From Asterionella formosa (Eukaryota), in assembly GCA_002256025.1 (NCBI GenBank), contig NKIB01012883.1, forward strand, positions 1 through 64,000: a stretch of 64,000 nt of DNA, written 5' to 3'. Below, piece by piece: positions 36,096 through 49,076 of this stretch. Each line of letters starts with the position of its first letter. The first letter of the stretch is position 1. A program made the position numbers and the translations under genes. Under the pieces are notes generated by a model. It did not search any database and was not told the DNA's origin. It was given only the letters and a program-made list of their open reading frames with translations.

Positions 36096-37660
36096 CTAGT
36101 TCTTCTTCTTTTTACTGCCTCTCTTCTGTCAAGGGCACAGGAAGGGAGGGAAAAGGGATAGGATGAGCTAAATCAGTTCAAGTAACTCATGCTCAATGTA
36201 GTGGCTAAGTCAACGTACCTTGGCATCCATTCCGGATCCACTCATGTCACCAGTGGGTTCAGAAGTCTCGACATTTACAATTTCTGCATCAATAGGAGTA
36301 ATGGGCTTGATGCCATCGCTACCATCAAAAGTAGGGGAAGAAAAACCTTGAGGCTTTTCTCTCAGAGGAGAAGGAGCAAAGACAGTCGACTTCGTAGTTT
36401 CCACCGTCGTACTTGACACATCGCCAATGGCAGCCGCAGGGACCATAGAGTTGCGGATAAGGACCGTGGTGGCAGTCGTAATGATGTTATTGGCAACCCA
36501 GTAAATGCAAAGAGCAGCAGGGACATTCAGCGAGAACCAACCAATCATGAGAGGTAAGAGCTTCAAAACAAAGTTTGCAGACTCCTGTTGAGGATCTTTA
36601 TTTTGTGGTTGCATGATTTGCATAGAGACATACTGGGAAATCACCAAAAAAACAGGTAGGACCAAAAACGCAGCAGTGGCCTCCCATCCCAAGGAAGGAG
36701 CTCCGTTGACCCTGTTGAAAATGAAAGCAAGCAAGCAAGCAAGCAATGCCACAACCGATAGGTGAGCCAATTAATGTAAATAGGTTCTCGATAGATAGGA
36801 AGACGAATCACAAAGCAAGCCTCAGAGCACAAGTCTACCGTTTCTCACCATCCTGACAAAATCCAGTCGGATCCATGAGCTGGATCCGCTCCGTAGGTTG
36901 GTCCCTCCAAATTGGGCAAAAACAAAAAGGGTTCATCAAGCTTGTTTTCTTTTGCCAAGGTCAAAACGGCTCGGTAAAGTCCAATGAAAACGGGAATTTG
37001 CACAATGGCCGGCAGACAGCCGGCCAAGGGGTTGACTTCATTTGCTTGGTAGAGTTCGGCTATTTTCTGGTTCATAACTTCAGGGTTGGACTGGTACTTG
37101 GCTTGTACCGCTTTGATGCTCGGTTGCAAAGCCTGTGATGAAAGATGTTAGAGAAACGTATCAAGATAAAAATGGTAGTTTTGCAAAACTGACTGTGCAC
37201 GAACCTGCATCTTGTTGGTCGACTCCAACTGAGTCTTGGTCAAGGGAAAGGTGACGACCTTGATGAGGACAGTCAAGGCGACAATACTGACACCCCAAGC
37301 ATTCGATTCCATTCCCACTGCCTGAAAAGCCGAATGAATCAGATAGAGTAGCCCTGCGATCGGACCAGTCAAGAAGCCAAACCAACCGTTCCCGTCATCA
37401 GCGGCAGGCGCAGCATCACCCGCAGGAAAGGGGGCGTCGGTCACGGCATCAGCTAGTCCGGCCACGGCATCCGAAAGAGTCATGGACGAAAAGGCAGTCT
37501 GAATACTTTCAAAGTGTTGAGGCAAGTCATGGAAATGCGACGGATCAACCCCAAACGACCGAGCCGACGTCAATCTCGCAGAGCCAAGGCGAGCGCTGGG
37601 CGCAAACGCTGAGATGGACGCGATTGAGAGCAAGGCGATTACCACCTTCATTCTATTCAT
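36096..37660 (-). CDS. ALB3: Plastid membrane insertase ALB3 (YidC/Oxa1 family), 4 exons
   Basis: Exons 37660-37205, 37132-36849, 36711-36219, 36125-36096; ISA-FAP presequence; WGVSIVALTVLIK..TFPL, NPLAGCLP, QIPVFIGLYRA, FLPNLEGP, LPLMIGWFSLNVP, YWVANN. Confidence 0.95.
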
Positions 37661-37887
37661 CGATTTGATTGCGGTGTGCGAATAGTCCTGAGCAGGTCAG
37701 TTTGCTGTGGACTAGAATGGATGACTATGGAGCGATCCGACAGTCGAAAACTTGGGGGCAGACTATAGTGTTTTCCTGATGTGTGCCGGCAGGCAGATGA
37801 AAGGTTGCTTATATTTGATGCTGAATCAATCATCGTATCGAACACATCATAACAATCGAACGCCCATCATGACAGTACGAATATGAT

Positions 37888-38575
37888 TACCGGTACGGTA
37901 CCCTGGTACCTGGTACCGGTGCGTATTTTCTAATGATTGAGGTCTAAATGACGGTACCGATACCAGATAGTACAGTATAGTTAGTATAGCAAGTTTAGCT
38001 CGTAGTCATATATACGGATACATCCCGTATGAAGATAGGGAGGAAGTGCGTGTTGAAGACGACCGAGGTGATCATGCATGCTGATTGAATTCGACCCTAC
38101 CACCTGCTAGACCCTATGTAGCCATGTACTGCAACGATACATACGGCAAGTACTGACGTACGGTATCCCTGGGGTACGAAAAATGGCGCATATCCCATTC
38201 ACCACGCGGAAGCAGCGAGAGAACTGATGTGCGGCTCTGCTTCCTTTACGGCCATGATAATTGATGATGGAGGTGGTCTTATTTTTACTACGGTAAATGG
38301 ACGTATGCTAGAGAGGAGATTCTCGCCTAAATGCATACCGGTACTCATACTGTACATGCCCACATGTAAACCATGGGTACCTAGTACCTGGTACCTGGTA
38401 CCTGGTACCCTGTCAGTTTGGATATACCGGTACCGGGGTATTCCATTCCGGTACCGGTAGCTAGCACGTTGTGCCAGCACATATACCGGTATTGCCTTGG
38501 TCCGTCCATCAAAAATGTACTAATCCTACATACTGAGTATTCCGGTACTCGTAGTCAAATTTATATACCGGTATA
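37888..38575. repeat. GGTACC/CCGG arrays in the ALB3-Sec66 divergent intergenic region
   Basis: CCGGTACGGTACCCTGGTACCTGGTACCGG (~37890-37919) and (GTACCTG)n (~38384-38409). Confidence 0.85.
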
Positions 38576-38948
38576 TGAATAACACACTGTACATACTGGC
38601 ATCAGACAAAAGTGTTAGCCACCGCTTATAACCGTTTCCATTATATATACCTACACGTACATCTCAGGGCAGTAAGAATACATTAATATTATTATGTAGG
38701 AAAGGCTCTGCTGACTAGAAACAATCCAGTTTTGAGAGTGTCCACACACACACAAGTCCGAAGGCGACTCCTCAACGATTGGCTCCGGTTGCAATAGAAA
38801 CTCCTACAGGTATATTGAATCATATTATCGACATCGTTGTTTCTAAGGATCACCAGTCGGCAAGTCAGTGGGATCGAACGTACGGACTCTATTGAACGAA
38901 CGAAGGAGGAATATCGCTAAAAGCAAAAGCAAAAGCAAAAGCGACAGA

Positions 38949-40162
38949 ATGGCAGAAGAAGCTACAATTAATGCTGATGGAACTCAAACGTTCGAGGACT
39001 TCGTTCCTCCTGTCGACGACGCCGGAGCTGGCGACGAGCCTTTAATGATGGACGAAGAGACCATGGACGAGATTGTCAAAGCAGACATAGATCCCGCGCT
39101 TATTCTGGGAGCAGTAGTCCTGTTGTTTGCAGTCATTTATTTCTTCTTTTTGCGCAAGAAGAAGGATCAGGAAGACGAGTTCTTCGCGGACTTGGACGGC
39201 GACAAGGTGCGTTTGCTTTATTTTGAATTCGTTCGACGCAGTTGCCATGCACAAGACTGGAGACTCCGAAGAAATAGATCTTGAACAAACCCCATCTGCT
39301 TACTCATACATCCTTCATTCTTTCCAGTTCAACCTCAAGCTACCCGAAGCAGTGGAGGAATACTATGAAATCAAGAGCAAGGTAAGGCGCCCGCTGAAAA
39401 AATCTCTCTCACATCTCACAAGAGTTTTGGAACGTTACTATAGTTGACTCACTCCAAACTCAAATTCGTATGCTACAGTGCGAACAAGCCGGATGGGCAC
39501 CTGGAGTCCCACCCCCAGGTGGACAGAATGCAAACCCAAATGGTCCTCATCGAATCTTGGCACAAGCACTCATGAAGCGATGCATTGCTGATATTCCTAT
39601 TGTCACACATATACAAAAAGAAGCAACTGGAATGAATAAGCTTTATTCGCAATCCATGTGCTCTGTCAAGCAGTGGCGCTCTTACCAGGCTGCGGAAGCT
39701 TTGGTGTCGGTAGAAGTTGACGAAGTCAGAGCGGAAGCAGATGAGATCGAACCTGGTTGGAGTCAGGTATGTCATAACAAATGGTTTTGATGCTGGCAAA
39801 AACTTGAGTGGAACACTCAACTTGTAGGGATAGAATTGCATCTCACTGACACATATTCGAAACAATAGGTCATTTGGCGACAAGCCATGCAATACCATCA
39901 AATGCTGAAGCAAAAGCACGAGCAAGAGTCCAAAGAAGCTGCTGAAGCTGCGGCAAAGAAAAAGGCTATTGCAGCCAAAGTGGACACCGCTAAGGACACC
40001 GAGAAGAAGGTCGTGGTTGACAAAGAAGCAGAAATCAGAGCGGCGGAACTTGCAGCTGAACTTGCTGCTCAAGAGCTTATCAAGGCCGACGAACGCGAGA
40101 AAAAGGCAAAGAAGGCCTTTTCAGATGGTGGGATGAAAAAGGGATTTCTGGCTGGCAAATAA
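38949..40162 (+). CDS. Sec66/Sec71-like ER translocon-associated protein (4 exons)
   Basis: Exons 38949-39206, 39328-39381, 39479-39766, 39869-40162 (all GT-AG, in frame); single TM then ALMKRCIADI...W..YQAAE...EVDEVRAEADEIEPGWSQVIW, matching the Sec66 EAE..PGW.Q.I motif. Confidence 0.72.
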
Positions 40163-40299
40163 AACGAGGACACAAGGTGTTCGAGCAGGGTAATTGAGAA
40201 AGAGCATGAAATGAAATAGTGGAAAAGTCATAGACTGTAATGTATATGGACTTGTTTGCTTCTCTGGGTTATTTCGTGTTTCAGAGTTGACGTCCTTGA

Positions 40300-42860
40300 A
40301 TTGCCGTTTGTCGGGTGGTACAGTAGCATCCTTAGAATTGGATTTTTTAAATTGTCAAGAGTAACAACTTCGTTACTATGAAGCATTGCAGTTTTCAATT
40401 ACTCCATTTAATCTGGGCCATGTTGCGGAATGTTGACTTCACATTTCTGCTGGTACTGGCTGGGAGTTGTTGAATCATAGAGTCAGCTCAGAGCACTTTG
40501 TACTTGAATAGCTGTAGTGTTTATCACTTGTTGGCACTGGCATTGTACCAAATTCTAGAATGGATGCCAAGGCCTTAGAACATGCAATATTTGCATCAAA
40601 CAAAAAAGGAATATCCTATCATGATCAGCTGCCTGTCTCTACTTACTGCTATGAAAGGATGACACAGTTTCGAATTCTCAAATATTTTGTGATATTATGA
40701 AATTTTTCTTGAGTACTAGATGATTCTGTGGAACCTGGTAAAGGCAGTCTGCTGCAGTGATTGGTAATGAATGGAAAAATTTGAAAGAATTTGGCAATCC
40801 ATTGTGGATAGAAGTATCCTGGCTGATGATAAGCCTAGGAAATATCTTGGAATCATATTTATTTTGCTGTATATAAAATAAAATTCAGATGAGGCCAGTA
40901 GTCTTCCTACCAAATTTGAGGCAATTCACTTGTTAAAAACAACATTCACTCTAAAATGCAGCATCAAGGGGATCAATCAGTCATAACATTGCAGCTTCCA
41001 AACTCCAATGAAACAAAGTCATGATTGCTTACAAGTCATGTTGCACCTGACAATGAAATATTCCTCATGGGGTTCTCTATTCCATTTCGAAAAAGCCTAG
41101 CGCACCAACAAGCACAGAAAAGTAACGTCATAACTCTCTACAGTGTGGTCAACCAAACCTCAACAATTACAACTTAGATATCTACTTTCTTAATCAGTCA
41201 AACATCAAGGTGAAAGACTTATTCATGATGAACTAAACACAACTTGCAGCACAGAGCCCAAAATTGCATTTCAACACAATCCGAAATGTTGTTGAGAGTG
41301 TGCTCCTCACCACCAACAAATCCCCGCTGGACAGCGCCAGACGTCACTAGTATGTGCTACCATAGGCTGATATCAGGAGTGTAAGTTGAACATGGAAAAG
41401 GAATTTACTTCATACATATCATTACTGGTGACTGCATCCACTTCGGCATAATGCGCGCCAACTTTGATGGCCGGACGAGCACTTATGAATCATTGGATTG
41501 ACAATGTCTCAATCAAATTACAAATGTGCATTCCAGGCAGGGATAATAACCAGCTGGTTAACAATCTATAGAGCAACACAAAAAAAGTCAGTATCAATAA
41601 AAAAATGTAAAAGAATAAAAGCATGTATGTTTGCAGGGCATTTCCGTGTAAGGAAATGATCATTGTATACGCACCTCCTCAAATGAAAATCATTCCAATG
41701 CCAGTGATTGACAGCACAATAGAAGCTACAGAATTTTTTTGAAAGTCAGAAACAGTTTGAAATGAATGCAATCGCTTTTACTCTTCGAAATGTACGTCTA
41801 CTACCAGACACAATCATTCTCTATAAAAAATTTGAGACTCGAAAGAAGTGGACAACTAATAACTGTTGGAGATCTTACTGCACCGTGCTAGCTACAGGTG
41901 AGGACACTTGAATGGGTTTTCTTCAGATTTTTCACTGCAGAAATAGGCACATTAATCTTATCTGGACCAAATAACAAGGAAATGCTGGATAAATCCAAAA
42001 AGAACATCTCCAGGGAATAAAAAAGTATTTGTTTTTTCGCAACGCACAATTTAACATATTTTTGCCCTTTTGTGAATCATTGTTTGATTGCTCTGGTATT
42101 TCTGGATCAATTCTTTGTAAAATCAGAATCACCGATGCTACATTTACCTCTCGTGGATTGGTGCAAGGCATTCATCGCTGCATTAAAACCAAGTTTCTGC
42201 TTTATGAGGCGGTCTATTGCAGTCACCTCTCGGAGTCTTCTTTTATGGGCTGCTTCTCCCTTTTTTCAACCAAAATTTTTTCAAAACTTATCTATGATAC
42301 ATTAAGTTTTGCTTATTTGTTGCTTGACATTGTGAACAAGCCTTGCAATTGTCAATAACAAGTGTTTGTTCCATAAACCAGTCCCTCCCACTCCTCTCGT
42401 GGCCTGAGCATAAATATAAACCCTCTTCTAGAAACCACAGGAAATATGGATGAGGGAGAGGTCCGCAAAATATGTTGACAAATTATTACAGTCTAGAACA
42501 GGTTAGAGGTTTTGAGCTATAACATAAATTGAAGGATATAGATTTGAATACTTTTCTGGGATGTCTTGAGCAATAAGGGAGATTGTAAGATACGCTTTTC
42601 AAGAGTTCGTTTTGTGCAATAATCGCAACACTCAAAAGGTGCATTGAAACCAAGAAAGCATCCTATGGGTATGTAGTATGAGATTGCAGTACAGTAGAAT
42701 GCATGGTTTGGGATGGCTGCCATTTTGTTCCTTTATGCTTTCCCAGAAACTATCCGAGCAGAGTCTTATGGCTGCGTTGTTGTGTTTTGACCTTTATTCG
42801 TTTCAGCTTTTCCTAGTCTCTATAAGAGCAGAGTCAAAAATCTCCAAAGGGCAATCATAC
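40300..42860. other. AT-rich non-coding block, probably decayed transposon-derived DNA
   Basis: No long ORFs or recognisable motifs; low CpG in parts; no GGTACC arrays. Confidence 0.35.
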
Positions 42861-43069
42861 TAGGAGGTCATGAAAGTTAATTCTTGTTATAGGACACATG
42901 TAATTCTAATTGAATATAATATTGACTTCAAATGGTTTTTTTTGCAGTTTAAAGATTTCATTCTCGGAGTAATCCGTCCATCATATGTACCTTCGGTCGA
43001 AATACTTGCTATGAGGTACATGGACAATATCGTGGTGTGTGGTATTAGCGAGTGGCATGAAACACGGTT

Positions 43070-44095
43070 TCAATAATACCTAACGTACTTAAATGTGTCT
43101 GACACACTGTAGCTCTGTGTGTGCGGATCCACAATCATTTTGAGCGGCAACTCAGAGGTGCCACCAACTGTTTGTATTCTCAACATACGGACTCCCCCAA
43201 ATCGCCTCTCGTACTCCCACGCGTGCCCATCTCCATGAATGTATAAGAAAGGAATGTCGGGCATGTTATTGGAAATAAAATTGAAAACAGGATTGAAGTA
43301 AGAATCATGCTTCGAGTAGGGATGGGCGTGCCCCATTATCACAACGCCATCCGCTTCGTTTGGAACTCGGTTTGCGAGCGCGCCTATGGTAAATTGGGCC
43401 AGGTCTGATTGCCGACTGTCCCAACCATCAATGATTTGGCCGCCGGGCAGGTTGAGCATAATGAAAAGCGTTCGCTTGTGAACAAAGTAGACATTCTCTG
43501 GACGGTTATGGAGACGTATAATGTTAAACCCATGGTTCCACGAGTCCACGATACCAAGCAAGTGTCGATTCCAAAACGTCCATCCATCAGAGATCTGATC
43601 CTGAGGACAATCGTTCCACTCATTGTCTCCAGGGACAATAAAGGAAGGTGCATGAGATCGCAAGAGCATTGAACGCATGTCTTGATAGATGTACTCAATG
43701 CATGACGTTTGTCCTGATTTAATGTCGCCAAGATGAACAAGAAATTCGCAATCGGAAGCAAGATTGTTCAGCTGCGCCTTCAATTCAGTTCTTTGAGATG
43801 GATTGTAGGGCGTGTCTGCAATGACGCAAAACACAGTTTGCGTTGAACTCTGAACTTTGCGTTCGACCAAACTGTTCTCCTCGTCAAACCCAGGAATGTC
43901 GCTAGCGCCTGCTATATGAGTCGAGCTCTTCGGTTTCATTGCAACGACAGCGCCAACAGCAATCGTTGCCATTACCATCACAAATACCACCAGTGGCCCA
44001 GCGAGGCTGCGTCGTTTCGAAGTAGGAAGTTCGACTGGGACAACATACATTTCTGGCTGCTCGTCGGCCATTGCTCCTGGGTGAGTAAGTTCCAT
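43070..44095 (-). CDS. Calcineurin-like metallophosphoesterase with N-terminal membrane anchor
   Basis: IADTPY, HLGDIK, PGDNEWND, GHA, IHGDGH motifs; TM segment LVVFVMVMATIAVGAVVA; ATG at 44095. Confidence 0.85.
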   Translation of the reverse strand: MELTHPGAMADEQPEMYVVPVELPTSKRRSLAGPLVVFVMVMATIAVGAVVAMKPKSSTHIAGASDIPGFDEENSLVERKVQSSTQTVFCVIADTPYNPSQRTELKAQLNNLASDCEFLVHLGDIKSGQTSCIEYIYQDMRSMLLRSHAPSFIVPGDNEWNDCPQDQISDGWTFWNRHLLGIVDSWNHGFNIIRLHNRPENVYFVHKRTLFIMLNLPGGQIIDGWDSRQSDLAQFTIGALANRVPNEADGVVIMGHAHPYSKHDSYFNPVFNFISNNMPDIPFLYIHGDGHAWEYERRFGGVRMLRIQTVGGTSELPLKMIVDPHTQSYSVSDTFKYVRYY

Positions 44096-44508
44096 TTTTA
44101 CAGTTGTTGTATTTTTTTCGTCGACGGATTTGAATTTATGATGAGAATAGGTGACAATTTTTGGTGAAAATTCGGTGAACAATCTCAGCTCATTATGTTT
44201 GTTAGTATTTTTAAGAATTTGCCTTTACAGGAATAACTGTTGGCATCTTCCTCATCCGATGATACATGTGTACCGGTACTGGAGTATCAGGTCCTGCTAC
44301 CAGGGTTATGACAGTTTTAAGGGACTCATCACAGGACTCACAAATAGCAACGTCCAGTACAGGGTACCAGGGTACCGGTACTATGGGCACTTGTCAATGC
44401 ATAATACCGGTAAACTCCTTGCAAGCCGCTCGTCCATCTTTTCATCCGTCATGCTATTTATGTAGCTGGAGAAGATTTTTGCTTACATTTTTTATATTAA
44501 AAAACAGC

Positions 44509-44584
44509 AGTCTACATATGCAATTATGAAGGGTAACTGAGTACGTAGTCTACATACGCAATTTTGAAGGGTAACGGAGTACGG
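44509..44584. repeat. 38-bp tandem duplication
   Basis: AGTCTACATATGCAATTATGAAGGGTAACTGAGTACGT / AGTCTACATACGCAATTTTGAAGGGTAACGGAGTACGG. Confidence 0.9.
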
Positions 44585-47201
44585 TACAAGGGTACATAAC
44601 AAGAAATTTGAATATCTAACAAATAGCAACCCTGCAGCGCCGGTCGGATTGGTTAAAATTGGCTAGTTAACAACAATGGTTATGTAGAACGATTTACACA
44701 AATTCTTTCTGAATGAAAAATCGAACGAGATATCGGCATGTGATCGGCATTTGATTGGCAGCTGATTGGCTGGCTCGATCCATTCTTGTTCACATACTTA
44801 CTCGAAGGACCGGTCCTTTCTTACATTTGAACGGGATTTGATTGCCTGCATGGCACCAGGTACTGTACCAGGGGGCCCTTTTACTTCTACATACCTGACA
44901 CCGAGCAGACAAGTACAATAATATTAGGGGTCTTGTTGGCAGTTAGCACGGGGTTGTAGTTCCAGCAGGTGTATAAAAGAAATTTAGTGAGGTTGACTCC
45001 GAGCTGCGGCACAACGACTGAACGCTTATTTGTATCCCAGTAAGTATGGGTACCGGTACCGGTAGCTGTTGGTGAACACGATTAGGATTGACAGATCACG
45101 ACTTGGAATCAGTGAACGACAATGTAACGGCAAATATGCAGGTTGTATATTACTCATGAAACCAGCCTATGTATCCCGGTACTAGGTACTGGTACCAGGG
45201 TACCCATCAAGGTCCAGTAGCGAATGTTTTATGTGGACACACCTTTTCAGTTTCGATGCACCTCCCAATGGATTGTCTCATGCCCAGACGAGATAGACTG
45301 GCACATGCAACCTTTTGTGCTTCAAACGTTCATAGATAACATGAGCAATTGAAAGTCATTGTAAAAAGAATCCTAATTAGTCTTTTGTTTTCTTAGCTAA
45401 ATAAATATTGTTTTCATGATGCTGTCAACTGAAGCGAAATGAGGGGTTGATCACTGCATTTTGATTTTCAACTTTTTTTCATCTTTAAGCAAATTTTGGC
45501 ATCATTCCAGACTTAAGCTTTCTTCATATTTTAAAGTCTGGAATGCTGCCCAGATTTGCCAAGAGATGAAGAAGTCGAAAATCACAAAGCGCATCGATTT
45601 CATAATTTCGGAGAGTCATCATGTAGATAGCTTTTTTCTCCAGTGATCACAAGACAATAATGCTGGCACAGTGAACCATAAAACTTCACCATCAGTTTGA
45701 CATCATCTTGCACCTCCGGTATGGTGATCCTTGTCCTTCATTTGTCTGGATTGCTTCGTTTTTTGTCATGCAGCAGCCACCTCACAGGTTCAGTGTAGTG
45801 TCTAGTAGGCAGTCAACCAGAGCTGAGGAAATTGTGCACAGTGTCCTCAATGTGACAATCAACCTGAGTAGTAACTTTCCAACAGTAAGTGACAACAAGC
45901 AGACCGGATATTGAAACACAACATTGTCCAAGTTTTCCTTTTTCGTGCCTCTCTTCCTTGCAGAAGCAGCTATAATAATACAAGAATCGGGGAACAAGAA
46001 AACTCATGTCATGAAACTCCAAGAAAAATCATTGAAGGCGGACATCGGCAATCAGGCAAGGAACCATTCAGCGATGATTTCAATTTCAAGCAACGCTACA
46101 ATCAACTGAGCAGCAGGGACAGGGGAAACAACAAACAGGTAGTTCAATGGACAGGTGTAGTGATGGAGGTGTGGAAAATTGCGATTAGCAGATTGAGTAT
46201 TCACATTCTTGTTCGGAGATCAATTTTGAAATGCGATTGGATGCAAATCGCCTGCAAATGGCCTATTGATTTGTCATATTGTCAAAGTGGCTAAAACATA
46301 TTATATTACCTATTCATTAATTCCCATGATGATTTGTTATCATTATACTTGTTCATTAGTTTCCCAACGCAACCAAAAGCCCCACCATTGTTGATCAGCT
46401 GGTTGATTTAGCATTGCTAGTGGTTTTCTCGTGCTATCTTCTGCTTGAGGGGAATCTTAATGGCCAATTTTTCCAAAATAGCTAAGAAAGGAGTAACATA
46501 AAGTACCATACAAACACACACTATCCGCCCATACCCAACATACCTAGAAATATTCTATTTGTACATGTCAAGTGCTCCATGTGTGATGTGGCAACAGGTC
46601 GTTGTTATTGCCGGACCCGGAAATCCTTCGACATGATCTTCATACAGCAGCACCACAATTCATTGTTGTTTCTTGTCCCATAACCCCTTACCTGTGCGGA
46701 GTAGCTACCTGGTACTCCCTCTGGGCGAAAGCAACAATGCATGGCTGGAGGAAATCATTTTTATGAATGGTGATTATAACTATGAAATACCACACATCAT
46801 GGGGAAGGCGGCTTAAGGTTGGGTGGAGATAGGCTATCTACAGGAGAAGGAGCAATTGAATTGACCTTCACATTTATCGACGAAGAGTTATAATAAAATG
46901 GTGTGCAGGTAAGGTTTTTTGGTCTCCAGAGCCAATATGGCTGCATTGCTGGATCGACAGACGTTCCTTCTTTTTTAATAAATATATGGTGCTAAGCAAA
47001 TCTATTTGTAATTTAGAGCTTCAACTTAATTGCAAGTCTATGTTATCTACACAGCAGTATAATCTAAGTGATCATTTACTTCGATGACCTCCTCTTCCTT
47101 AACAGCATCTTCAATCTTGATGATTTCATCAAGAAACATGAATAGAGTGACTCCATGCATAACCTACTCCTTGCATATTCATTCTTCTTTTTGTTTTACC
47201 C

Positions 47202-47522
47202 TTAGTCTTTTAAAAGTTCAATAACTACAGCAGTATGATTAAAATAATGTGCTGCCTCTGCTTTGTTATGTGCAATTCTCCTTGCAAGATACCCAACTCT
47301 GCATCTTCTTTGACCTTCTGGATGGATGTCACAGTCCATCATGGTCACCTGGATAGTGTCCTTGAGTTCTTGTAGGATTTCATCAAACACAACACACAAA
47401 GAGAAAAAAGCCACAGAGCCAACCTTTACAGTAGATCTGTGACAGTGATGATGGGCACAACTGCAACCATTGTTGCTGGCCATCAAGCCAAGGATCTGAC
47501 CATTAGGAATGGGCATTGTCAA
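47202..47522 (-). pseudogene. CpG-decayed small Cys/His ORF, probably a transposon accessory gene
   Basis: ILGL...NNGCSC.HH.C...CRVGYLARR resembles a recalled G-RSC-x2-H-x2-CG...CRVGFL family; no CpG from 47084 to 47620. Confidence 0.45.
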
Positions 47523-47936
47523 TGGTGATGATGCAAAACCAATGCATTAATTTATTGAGATGCTAATTTTTTAATTACAAAAATAGAGTTTATGTTCATG
47601 TTTATGTAACTAATAAAAAACGCATTTTTTCAAGTAAGCCGACCCTCACGTAGAAGGTTCTTATGTTGGCTACGGAATCCTTCATATCCGAATAGTAAAG
47701 ACACTGGTGGTGCCGGCGAATCGATGAAAACTGTTTCCGGACGGAGGGAGTGACATACCTCCTGGTACCAGGTAGCAAAAGTATTACGCATACTGTAAAA
47801 GTGAGTACCGGTAGGATAGTACATATTAGCCATGATCAGCATGAAAGGTACAAAAACTCCTCTCAGCCAAGTCTGCTCATTCATCTCCCTTCGCTTTGCA
47901 TTGCTTGCCTATTATTCATATATCAATCAGCCATCC

Positions 47937-48706
47937 ATGTCGAATGTAGCACCCCTCAATGATGCTTCTGTCAGGGAACTGGAGACGCCTGCAAATCTCT
48001 CGCTAGAGGACATTACCGATGGCCAAAACGAACGGGGCATTCCATTGGTGCGTTTTCTCGAAGACATTACCGCATTTTCGGATTCATTTACTCCACCAGC
48101 TACAGCAGAACTATTGATAGGAGCCTATAGTGATCTGTTTGGTAAATTCAAGGGGTATGAAGCGTCTTTAACTCAACGGCGTAAGTGAGATCTGGGACGA
48201 AACAAGGTTTTTATTTTTTTTGGATACCGCACATGGCACATGACCTTCCTAAATAGGTGCATCGTTTCACTCATTCATACCTAACTTGTCACGTTCCTGT
48301 TGTATTAAACAAAAAAGGCCAGAACTTCGTCGAGAAGATTCCAGAGATTGAGAAGTCCCTAGCGTTGGTTCAACATTTGAAAGCAAAGAAGGACGCGAAT
48401 GAAACGCTTACCACACGCTACTCCCTTGCCGACGCTGTCTTTGCCAAGGCGGAATTGGATACATCCGCTGGCATTGTCAATTTGTGGCTCGGTGCCAACG
48501 TTATGTTGGAGTATACATACCAAGAAGCCATTGATTTGTTAGAGAGTAAGGAAGCCATCGCCAAGAAAGAATTTCAAGAAGTTGGCAAGGATTTGGCCTT
48601 TACGAGAAATCAAATTATTACAGCCGAAGTCTGTATTTCCAGGGTTTACAATTGGGATGTCAGAAGAAAACGTCTTCAAAAGGAAGCTGATGATATCAAT
48701 CAATAG
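47937..48706 (+). CDS. PFDN3: Prefoldin subunit 3 (VBP1/PAC10), 2 exons
   Basis: Exons 47937-48180 and 48318-48706; NERGIP..FLED, KIPEIEKSL, YSLADAVFAKA, VNLWLGANVMLEY, QIITAEV.ISRVYNWDV. Confidence 0.95.
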
Positions 48707-49076
48707 TCCAGTCGACAGCATGCACAGAGATGGCTACAACTGAATCACTATTGGTGGCCGCGAAAAGCATTTTTTCTTTTCATGATTCCGGCTTGTCGGG
48801 CACGGCAACGAAGTGAAGCAGTGCTCATTGGATGATGAATGATACGCTTACATGTCTATCGTATTAAAAATTTTACCATTAGCTCTTGATCAAGTTTTTT
48901 TGTTTGATACCCGATGTTCTAGTGCAGGAGACTGTATATCAGAATACAAACTAGGCGGCTGTAGTGGTTCGCAATAGCAAGTGAGACTGTATTCAGAGAA
49001 TAATCTCCTTTAGTTTCTAAGACATCTGCACCCCTCGAACTAGCTATTGAATTCAGACCTGCCGACGGTTATGTGC

